Below, in pieces: positions 1-9,400 of a stretch of DNA of 64,000 nt. This stretch comes from a virus. Its lineage: Duplodnaviria; Caudoviricetes. Every line of letters starts with the position of its first letter. Positions within the stretch are counted from its first letter, which is position 1. Position numbers and translations under genes: made by a program. The notes under the pieces were generated by a model, which did not search any database, was not told the DNA's origin, and saw only the letters and a list, made by a program, of their open reading frames with translations. The stretch lies in the IMG/VR virus record IMGVR_UViG_3300028833_000075, positions 32,001 to 96,000 of that record. One strand, 5' to 3'.

Positions 1-3000
1 GCTGACAAACCAACTTATCTGAGAGCTTTCTGAACTGATAAGACTTTGTGTTGATGCAGTCATATCGGCATAAGAAGGAACATAAATTTTATCCGTAGTA
101 TATTCAAGGTTGTTATAATTTCCTGCACCGCCTTTTGTGACAATGCTTACAGGTTTAATAATAGATTGCCAGCTGTAGGGGAGAGCGTTAAAGCATCGAG
201 TGGAAACAAATGAACGCAGCACCGAATTGCGCCATCCGCCGGTTGTATCGTTCTGGGAGCTCGGATACATCTCGTAGAATTGAGAAAGCGGAGCGTTCGC
301 AATAAAGGAAGCGCTGTCCATTAAGCCCGTTCCATCGTCTTTGTTATAAAGATGGTTTCCGCGATAGTGCATTCTCCATACCTCATGCGGCCAACTCGCA
401 AGCTCATTTGCGGCTTTAGGGCCAAGATCGTCATACCAAATCTTACACCAATGAATCCATCCTTTTGCAGGGAACCGATATCCTTGAGTGCCATAAGCCA
501 TAGCACCAAACGAAAGAACGGAATCTGTAGTTGTCTCTTGAGCTCTGACCATTTCAACTGTAAGCCCTGAAGCGTTATATCCATCGTATTTATTAAGAGA
601 ATACGTTTGGTCAGGGAAATCATCTCCGCCGTAAGAATTAGAGTGACTGATATACCGTCCACCGTTATCGGAGGCTACAAGCAGGTTTTTCGATCCTTTT
701 CTGTGTCTTAACACAAGAATTCCCCTGTTTCTGCCATGTCCAACAATAGCTGTCCTGTCGCCCCATAACACCTGAATACTATGGTTTTCTGTTGTGTTAT
801 TAGACTGATAGAAGTAAACTCTGAATCCTTCGGCGCTTCCTGTTGCATCGCAGCAGCTGATCATAGTTGCGTTTGAAGTTACATCTGTGTATTCATAATC
901 TACAGCAAGAGTAAAGCTTGGAGCATCAGCATCAAACAGTTTTACGTTTTCCATTCGAAGTATCTCGTTACCGTTAAAATACCGATTTTCAACAAGTGTT
1001 TCTGAAACCACGTTATTGAAATTGAAATCTCTGCCGACTGTGATATCTATATAGTCTTCATCTTCAAAGAATTCAGATGCTCGGTTGGTTTTTGTAATAC
1101 CATGAATCTGTGCAACATTCATATCTTTTAGCTCAACTAAGCCAGGTGTAGGAAGACTTCCTTCTTCCCAAAGGGCATATACGTCAATGTTACCGCGTAC
1201 ATATCCGGTGGATTTATCCCAACCTTTGAATACGTTATACACGCCTGCAATTTCTTTGTCTTCCATGACAGGAAAACCAATTGTGCCATCTTGATCGTAA
1301 ACAGCTTCGCCGCCAAATGGAATTCCTTCACGAATATCGTAAAGATTGCCATTCGGTTTATCGTACCATTTGACAGTATATGTATTAATTGCTTGAGAAT
1401 ACATTGCCGTAACGTCTTTAGCAGCATTAACAGCGCCTTCAATATTCTGCCACCCTGTAAATGTATAAGAATATTGCCCTGTTGTATCGATGTATATCGG
1501 TGTATCCACTTCGCCAGCATCGATAGGATCGTATGCTGTGCCGCCAAGATCAATATATTGAATATAATCTCGTCCTTGGCGATCCTTAATCGCAGATCCG
1601 TCCATGTTTTTAAACGTAACGTTGAAGTAAGGAATCGAAGCATCGAAAGTGATGGTTAAATTTGGAGAAGTCCAGATGCGGTTTTCTTCATCAAGACTAT
1701 CTTCCATTGATCCGACGCCCCACATCGCATGAATGGTTTCAAGCTTCTTCTTAGACATCGAAGCTACATGAACAGTTCCCGTAACAACAGGAGCGTCTTG
1801 CTCTTCACCAAGTGCATTGTATCCTTTCCATGTTCCGGCAATCTTATATAACACGTCCAGATTGGCAAACTCCCAATTGACTCCGATGGCTCGGATTCTG
1901 CGGGTTTGAGATTGCTGAACATTCATAGCTTGTGTCATATATGTCGCAATCGCATTGTCAACAACACTATTGCAGTTTTCAATGCGCACAGAGATCAGAT
2001 TGTTTCCGCTTTCCATGGAGAGAGTCTGAACTTTATTAAGGTTGTAGGCCACAATTCCGGTAACGGAATTTAGTTGCACGGTTCTTAACGGAGCAAACGA
2101 AGGCAACGTAATCAAACCTGCCTTTGTTCCTCTTGTATCAAGAGTTTCCAACTCAACATTTGCGGCCATATTTAAAGCCCCTGTGAAGTTAGTCATATTT
2201 CGGATCGAAAGATCACGAAGCAAAACAGAAGGAATGCTAACACCTGTACCTGACGGCCAAGACGTATTAACAGTTTCTCCACCTAAGATTGCTTCTGTAA
2301 GCTTTGTTGCACCGGAAGCTGTAAATGTACTGTTTGCAGTTTCGTTTAACGGACGAATATATTGAACCAGTCTGTCGGGAGTAATATAAAGAGTTGTGTT
2401 GGAACCAACAGAAATATTGTTAAATACAGTTTCCTGCCCAGCGTCTACTTTCTGACTTCCAACACGGTTGTCATCAACGAGTAATGTAATATAGGTTTTC
2501 GCATAAGACTTAATTGCAAACGACCGTCGTCCGCTTTCACAGTTAGTCCGGAATTGAGTGGAGTTTGTCTTGGAGTAATAACCATACTTGCCATCCATAT
2601 AAGCAGTTTGGTAAGTTAAAAATTGTTTACGCCAATACGTTTTAGATCCCTGAAGTCTTGGAAGATAAGAATCGTCATATGACTTAACTTCGCCGTCGAT
2701 AATCATCCCGGAAGTTTTATAAGGAAGGATGTATTTATTGTAAGCGTCTACCATCATAGCTGCATGAGGTCTAATCGCTTGATAATTATCCCATTTTGCA
2801 AGGATGTCGTTCACATTCCATGCTCCTGCAGTACGAAGGGAGATGTACATATTAGATAGTTCAGTCTGGAACGCTTCTTTGATATTAACCCAAATCGGAT
2901 TATCTACGGCATTAAAGTAACTTCTGCCATTATCGGTATCTCCGTAGTCAAGACCGTAATCACCAAATGGTTTACCGTCATTGTCGGCAGCAAGAATTGT

Positions 3001-6000
3001 ATCCATGTCATATGCGGCTTTGATGTTCCACAGATATTTTCCTGCATCTTCATCCCAGTCATAAGAATAAAAGGTATTCTTACTAATGTTATCGTATGCG
3101 GAAAAATACTCAATGAACAGGAAATGATATAACATTGAAGGAATCGCAAAATAATTACCGACTTCACGTTTGAATTTCGCGCTGTCTCCAATCGTAGAAA
3201 CAACCCAGGCTACAGTATTATCCCATGAAGATACAACATCATTCAAGTCGCCATCGTCAGGATTCATTCGCCATTCAAAGTGTTTAATTTTTTTCGTCTG
3301 ACCTTCTTCAATTGTAGTAGTTTGCCATTCTTCATCTTCAGGGTTATAGACAGCAGCAGTACTGCGAAAGCGTTGCGGCTCGGTATCGTTTCCGGATACT
3401 TCAATACACGCTTTTGTTGGATGCTCGCCTTCGCCATCCTGACCAAAAACAGCTTTGTTCTTTTTGCTGTTACAAATATCTCCCATTGCATATAGAATAG
3501 TTTCTCCTGCTTTTACAAGTTGAGAACTGAACCATACGTCTGTTGAATTTGTGTTATGGATAAATACGGCACAAGGCTTACCTTCTACCGTATCACGTAC
3601 GCCGGGACGCTGTCTTGATTCTGTAAGATACGGCTGGAATGTATTATACCAGTCTACCGCGTTAATATTGTTTGCACTTTCAGAGGATGCAACATTTACT
3701 TTTATGTTTAGGTAATTTACGCCAATTGCGTTTTCAGAGATTTTGTATTTTTTACCGCTCCCTTTAAAATCGATATCGAGATTATAAGAAGACCGGCCGT
3801 ATGCAGCAGACGAAGTTCCCTGCACCTTAAATACAGTACCGGAGGATTCCGGAAGTTCCAAAACCGTAGCCCCATCCGTGATCGTGATTGTAGCAGGAAC
3901 GCTATCGCTTTTGCTGATTGTCATTCTCGGCGCATTGATCTGAACAATTGTTAGATTCGGTGCGGCTGTATGAAGAGCTGCAGGCGTAATACGATCTCTG
4001 TCGTCCAGAATTGTGTTAATCTGATATCTGGATACCTTATCTTCTGTTGTGCTTCCTGAAGATACATAATTCTGCATCATTTGTTTCTTGGATAAGTTTG
4101 CGTTATACACGCGAATGGCATAAACCCATACGTCGCAGTGATCCGATCCGATAACGAGCGGATTTTCATTATGAACAAGCATATTTGCATCATATGGATT
4201 TACCTTGGATGGAACACCGTCCAGCCACAATGTCATAATACGCTGTTCAACAATGTTTTCTACGAGAATAGAAAGGTCAATTCGACTTTCTTCGCTGTAT
4301 CTGAAGTCCTGTCCGGCAACATTATTAAGCATAATATCGCCGTTGTTAGCCCTCAGAACAATCCCTTTTGTAGCACCGTTGTTTGTATCTTGCATAGCAA
4401 CAGCTTGATACTCATCACTGTTTGTAACACGAAAAGAAATATCGATTGTTTTTCCGTTAATGTCGCTGTCGGCAAATAGCGACCTTGGGAGCGTTACATG
4501 ATTCCCTTTCTTAACAACAAATGCGGCAGCTCCAGATGGGTCTGTTTTAAACCCACCGTTTTCCCAATCGAATTCTTCGCTGAAGATAAGCTGTGCAAAC
4601 TGTTCACGATCTGCATCTGTATTACTGTGTCCAATCGGATCAAGAACGTACTGAAGACTGTCATCTGTATAATAATCCAACTTATAATCGCTGCGGTTTG
4701 CAACTAAAGTCATAGTTGCTTGAACATTTTTACATGAAAGCGTAACCGTTACTGTTTCTTCTTGCATTGGAGAATACTGGTAATATTGGATTCTGCGGCT
4801 TGCAGTTTGACTTCTGGCATCACCGGATCCAATTTGAATTGTACAGTTTACAACTTCATTATCCGGATCGAAAACGAAATAGGGAATATTAACGAGGTCG
4901 TATTGTGTGCATTCAATAGAAGAAGAGGGGAACGCAACGATTGGTGAGATTGCGCCATATCCCCATATTGCAACAAATTGGATAGTGTTGGCGACGTCTT
5001 CCGGATTGTCAGCAGAAACCATAGTGGCAGTAACGGTATTTAATCCGGTCTCAAAATATTCTTTATTTATTTCTACAGTAATTGTCAGGCTTCCAGTAAC
5101 TGTTCTTGTAATTACATGTTGGCCGATATTGACAGTTACTATATTGTTTGTATTGGCTTCCGCGGATACGTTAATAGGAACATAAATATTACTGTTCGTT
5201 GTATACAGCATAATAGGATTAATAGAAGATCCCCAGTTAATCGCAAAAGCAACGGAACGAACAGTCCAACGTCTTGTTAACGAACTTCCACCTGCAGATT
5301 CAATAGTAGCTTTAACAACACTGTCGTCGGATGGAACAAGACCAGCTTTCGCATTGAAAGAAAATCTTGCTCCGCTTTCTTTGTTTTCTGTGAGATATAA
5401 AGTGTCGTCAACATACCATTTTACAGTAACATCTGTATCGTCTGAGGTAGTTACCACAAAGCTGAATATAGCATCGGCACCATTTCTGACAGTGTTTACC
5501 TTTACAACCTCTGACAAAGAAATGGCTGATCCACCGCCGCCACCGCCGCCGGCAGGAAGCTGAAATGGAGTAAATACATCATTGGAAAGAGTTTCGTCGC
5601 CTTTCTTCAGATAAAGATAATTGTTTTCATCAACAAAACCGCCGTCAAATACAAGCCCGGTTTCAATTTCTTCAATTTGGTTGTTATCGTATCGGACTTC
5701 AATTCCGCCTTCAGAAGGAGTTACTTCTCTGACGAAGTTGCCGAAATTATTCAGACGATCACTTAAATCGTTTACAGTGTTTGAAATCCCGCTGACTTCC
5801 GTTGCTGAAGCGGCGTTAATATTGCTTCTCGCTTGAGCTTTTTGCTCGTTTGTCAATTCCTGTTGGGAATACGTTAAAACGTTTTCCGGGAGCTCATCAG
5901 CTGCAAGTGCGTTGATGTTCTGTCGAGCCTGTGCTTGCTGTTCTGGTGTAAGAACCTGTGGAACATAGCGTACATTGTTGCCTTCCGGCACGTCTTCCGC

Positions 6001-6369
6001 TGCGATAGCACCAATATTTGCGCGTGCCTGTTCTTTTTGTTGTTCGGTAAGTTGTTGTGGTGTATATTTAACACCATTTGGTGATGAAGCGTTAATATAA
6101 GAAGACGTATTAGAGTCCCATCGATAAAGATAGTCGGTAGATTTATCTACATACAGTTTTTCAATTTCTCCTTCAACAGGAAAACTGTCGAACGAATCAT
6201 ACTCCTTAATATTGAAAGCACTTGAATTTATTTGTGAAACAGGAATTTCACCGTCTTCGTTAAGTTGTGCGACGCCACCTGGCTTACCGTATGTGTTTTC
6301 AAGGTTTGATTTAAACCTTTCCAGATTTTCCAGTGTAATTAAAGGGTTATCCGGAGTAATAAACGGCAT
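1..6369 (-). CDS. Giant (>2120 aa, runs off left edge) virion/tail-associated protein: N-terminal tail-fibre-type repeats, LamG-like region, CotH-like kinase domain, LRR-like region
   Basis: Absent from the ORF track, presumably because it has no stop in the window. ATG at 6369 with AAAGGAG RBS at 6380-6386; starts MPFITPDNPLITLENLERF; the same frame is open at the left edge (DKIYVPSYADMTAS...). Three QQLTxxQKxQARxNI repeats at ~5820-6070. Motifs KVQGTSSAAYGRSSYN (~3780-3830), YDNISKNTF (~3070-3096), AYDMD (~3001-3015). Confidence 0.85.
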   Translation of the reverse strand, partial: MPFITPDNPLITLENLERFKSNLENTYGKPGGVAQLNEDGEIPVSQINSSAFNIKEYDSFDSFPVEGEIEKLYVDKSTDYLYRWDSNTSSYINASSPNGVKYTPQQLTEQQKEQARANIGAIAAEDVPEGNNVRYVPQVLTPEQQAQARQNINALAADELPENVLTYSQQELTNEQKAQARSNINAASATEVSGISNTVNDLSDRLNNFGNFVREVTPSEGGIEVRYDNNQIEEIETGLVFDGGFVDENNYLYLKKGDETLSNDVFTPFQLPAGGGGGGGSAISLSEVVKVNTVRNGADAIFSFVVTTSDDTDVTVKWYVDDTLYLTENKESGARFSFNAKAGLVPSDDSVVKATIESAGGSSLTRRWTVRSVAFAINWGSSINPIMLYTTNSNIYVPINVSAEANTNNIVTVNIGQHVITRTVTGSLTITVEINKEYFETGLNTVTATMVSADNPEDVANTIQFVAIWGYGAISPIVAFPSSSIECTQYDLVNIPYFVFDPDNEVVNCTIQIGSGDARSQTASRRIQYYQYSPMQEETVTVTLSCKNVQATMTLVANRSDYKLDYYTDDSLQYVLDPIGHSNTDADREQFAQLIFSEEFDWENGGFKTDPSGAAAFVVKKGNHVTLPRSLFADSDINGKTIDISFRVTNSDEYQAVAMQDTNNGATKGIVLRANNGDIMLNNVAGQDFRYSEESRIDLSILVENIVEQRIMTLWLDGVPSKVNPYDANMLVHNENPLVIGSDHCDVWVYAIRVYNANLSKKQMMQNYVSSGSTTEDKVSRYQINTILDDRDRITPAALHTAAPNLTIVQINAPRMTISKSDSVPATITITDGATVLELPESSGTVFKVQGTSSAAYGRSSYNLDIDFKGSGKKYKISENAIGVNYLNIKVNVASSESANNINAVDWYNTFQPYLTESRQRPGVRDTVEGKPCAVFIHNTNSTDVWFSSQLVKAGETILYAMGDICNSKKNKAVFGQDGEGEHPTKACIEVSGNDTEPQRFRSTAAVYNPEDEEWQTTTIEEGQTKKIKHFEWRMNPDDGDLNDVVSSWDNTVAWVVSTIGDSAKFKREVGNYFAIPSMLYHFLFIEYFSAYDNISKNTFYSYDWDEDAGKYLWNIKAAYDMDTILAADNDGKPFGDYGLDYGDTDNGRSYFNAVDNPIWVNIKEAFQTELSNMYISLRTAGAWNVNDILAKWDNYQAIRPHAAMMVDAYNKYILPYKTSGMIIDGEVKSYDDSYLPRLQGSKTYWRKQFLTYQTAYMDGKYGYYSKTNSTQFRTNCESGRRSFAIKSYAKTYITLLVDDNRVGSQKVDAGQETVFNNISVGSNTTLYITPDRLVQYIRPLNETANSTFTASGATKLTEAILGGETVNTSWPSGTGVSIPSVLLRDLSIRNMTNFTGALNMAANVELETLDTRGTKAGLITLPSFAPLRTVQLNSVTGIVAYNLNKVQTLSMESGNNLISVRIENCNSVVDNAIATYMTQAMNVQQSQTRRIRAIGVNWEFANLDVLYKIAGTWKGYNALGEEQDAPVVTGTVHVASMSKKKLETIHAMWGVGSMEDSLDEENRIWTSPNLTITFDASIPYFNVTFKNMDGSAIKDRQGRDYIQYIDLGGTAYDPIDAGEVDTPIYIDTTGQYSYTFTGWQNIEGAVNAAKDVTAMYSQAINTYTVKWYDKPNGNLYDIREGIPFGGEAVYDQDGTIGFPVMEDKEIAGVYNVFKGWDKSTGYVRGNIDVYALWEEGSLPTPGLVELKDMNVAQIHGITKTNRASEFFEDEDYIDITVGRDFNFNNVVSETLVENRYFNGNEILRMENVKLFDADAPSFTLAVDYEYTDVTSNATMISCCDATGSAEGFRVYFYQSNNTTENHSIQVLWGDRTAIVGHGRNRGILVLRHRKGSKNLLVASDNGGRYISHSNSYGGDDFPDQTYSLNKYDGYNASGLTVEMVRAQETTTDSVLSFGAMAYGTQGYRFPAKGWIHWCKIWYDDLGPKAANELASWPHEVWRMHYRGNHLYNKDDGTGLMDSASFIANAPLSQFYEMYPSSQNDTTGGWRNSVLRSFVSTRCFNALPYSWQSIIKPVSIVTKGGAGNYNNLEYTTDKIYVPSYADMTASTQSLISSESSQISWFVS

Positions 6370-6395
6370 CAGGTTTCATCTCCTTTCGTAGGATA

Positions 6396-6422
6396 AGAGG
6401 TGGGACACGAGGTCCCACCTCT
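6396..6422. other. Intergenic hairpin (AGAGGTGGGAC / GTCCCACCTCT)
   Basis: Perfect 11-bp inverted repeat between two giant genes; no clear U-tract on the minus strand. Confidence 0.5.
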
Positions 6423-6439
6423 GTAATAAACTTTTGTTA

Positions 6440-9400
6440 TCATGTTTGTTCAATGTATCTGTTTACAAAGTTAACAGTAGATACAGAATCTTTTACAACA
6501 GCCAGACAAGATTTAATTTTGACAACAGATGGATCAAGATCGTATCCGGCAACAGTTTCTCCACTTTCGGTGAATGTAATAACAGTTTCAGCCGGGACGT
6601 CTGTGATTGACCATTCGAACGGTGTAGTGATCCCGTCTGCAGTGTTATCTGCATTGTTTAATGTAAATACAGCCCCGTTGTAGTTGTTTGTAATTTGGAA
6701 AGTTTCTGGTAAGGATTCTATGTTTTCGAATAATTTTGTAACCTTTACTGTTCCAACGTCCATCTCATAATGATTCGTAACATAAACTTCAGCAGGGTTG
6801 GATGAAGTGTTCGTACGGGATACAGCAACAGTTCCGGTTGAAGGATTGTATGTTGTTGTTAACGTATAATTTGCAACTGCTTTACCAGACGCAATTGTTT
6901 CAACAACGGAATAATTTCCAACAGGCAAATTATCAATTTGCTTATATCCGTTAGACTCAATATCCGCATACGTAAATGTATCAACAACATTATTGTTCCA
7001 ATCTGATACGGTAAATACAATGCCAGACTTTTGATTGGAAGTCAGATCACTATCAGATAAGTCGCTTGTTGAATCAAACTGTTTAACAATTTGTAAACTT
7101 CCAACATGTTGTGTATAAGTGTTTGTAACTGTAGCAACTTTATTTGAACCATCTGTAATAATAGCATAATTTGTCTCGCTTCCATCAATAGAATAAGATG
7201 TTGTAACATCAAAATCTTGTACACTTGTATTTGTTTCAAACACAGAGTATGTTCCAAGTGTTAGATGTTCGAGAACCATCTGATTGTTTGTCATGTCTGC
7301 ATATGTAAATGTTCTGCTGAACACATCTGCATCGGAAGAGCTTTGCTTCGGTCCGGTAACAGTAAAACTTATTGCATTGCGCTGAGTCGGAGTGAGTTTG
7401 TTATAATCTCCGGCCCACGCTTTTACAATGGTCAAAGTTCCTTCCAGAATATTAACGTTGTTTGTTACAATGATCGTTTTCGATTCGCCGTCGCCAATTG
7501 TAGTTCTGTTGGTTGCATTTCCATTTACAGAATAAGTAGTAGTAATCTGATAATTTTCAATCGTATTATTACTCACTACAACTATATATTCACCAAGTGT
7601 TAACTGTTCAAATGTAACAGCATCGTTAATCATGTCTGCATACGTAAACACCTGATTAAACGAAGATGAATCCGAAGAAGATTGTTTTGGTCCGCTTACG
7701 GTATAAGTAAAAGCATTCTTTTGAGCAGATGTAAGAAGACTATGATCACCGGTCCAGACGTTGCTAATGGTTAACCTGCCTTCAAGTTTATTAACGCTGT
7801 TTGTAACAGCAATCGTCGCAGAATCTCCATCGTTAAGAGCGACGTTATTGCTTGCGTTGGCTCCAACTGAATATGAAGTTGTTACAATGAAATTTTCGAA
7901 TTCAGCGTTTGATTCTGTAACCGTATAAATGCCGAGCGTTAATCCTTCAAATGTCTTTGAACCATTTACCATGTCTTCGTACGTAAATGTTTCTAAGAAT
8001 GTTGTTGCATCTGAAGACTTTTGTTTCGGACCTGTAACTGTAAATGTTACGTCATTTTTCTGTTCGGAGGTAAGCCTTGCATGGTCTCCTGTCCATGTTT
8101 TCGTTATCGTTAATGAAGCTTCGAGCTTATTAACATTATTGGTGACAGTAATTGTTTTTGTTGTTCCGTCAACAAGAGTTACTGAGTTGGTTGCAGTACT
8201 GCCAACTTTATACGTTGTCGTAATCTCAAAATTTTCAAATGAGTTATTTGATTCCGTAACTGTGTATTCGCCAAGAGTAAGATGCTCAAGAGTCTTGCTT
8301 CCGTTTGTCATGTCAGCATACGTAAACGATGAACTATAACCGGCAGGACCAACAACGGAAAAGACGACTGAGTTCTTTTGCGCTGCAGTAAGTTTTGCGT
8401 CGTCTCCGTTCCATACTTTAGAAATAGTCAGGTCGCAAAGTTGTTCGTTTGTAAATGTCGCATCGATGTTTCCAGATGCTGCCGGAGTTTTGGTTACAAT
8501 CAAATTGCCGTTAGTGTCGTCTGAAACACTCACGTTAATCCATTTTTTAATAACGTCATACTTAATATTACCGTTGATATAATTTTGGTCAACAGTTGGG
8601 ACAATTTCTTCCAACATAAACCAATATGACGTCTGAGTGTCGTCGCGGCTGGAATTCTTAACAAACGTTACAACGTCTAAAAAATCAACATCCTGCGTAC
8701 TGCCAATGTCTGCAATTCGAGTAACAGGAGTTGCGAGAACTACATTCGACACAGCTTGGGTCGTACTATTGTTTCCGTCAACCTGTGTAAGTTTTATTGT
8801 AAATGGGTGAGCCGACATATTTCCGTTTGTAAAAACAACACGAGAATTAAAGCTAAGATTACCTGTCGCAGAATAAACGTTTGTAAACAAAACTTTATTA
8901 TTCTGCTGATATGTTGGCGTAACGCTAAGCGTTCCGTCAAACAAATCATGGACTTCAACGGATACGCTATCTGTTGAACTGTCAGGAGTTGTTCCTGTCA
9001 TATTAGCGGTTTCCGTTATAATATAATTAAAAGTTTTTGCTCCGTTTGCTCCAAGGTCTGTGATCTTATATATGATCTGTCCAAACTCAAAGTTTGCAGT
9101 ATTCTCTCCGGTCATAAGAGGTACGGAAATATTTGCAGGAGATGGGAGTTTATCTGTATTTCCGGATATTGCAACGCTTAATGAATCAGCATTTTTAAAT
9201 TTACGATTCAGAAGTGTTTTCATTCCTGGGATGACTAAATATCCGGTAGCATCATAAATACTTTCAAATACAATTCGATTACCGTCGCTGTATGTTGGTG
9301 TAATTTCAAGTATACCGTTATATAAATCAGTAACCTGAATATCTACAGTATGAATTCTTGTATCGTTTGTTGCTCCGGCAATAATTGTCGATTCTGTTAC

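Noticed and set aside
321-6077. Many short ORFs on both strands in the first 6 kb
   Set aside because: All overlap the single long minus-strand frame from 6369 that leaves the window.
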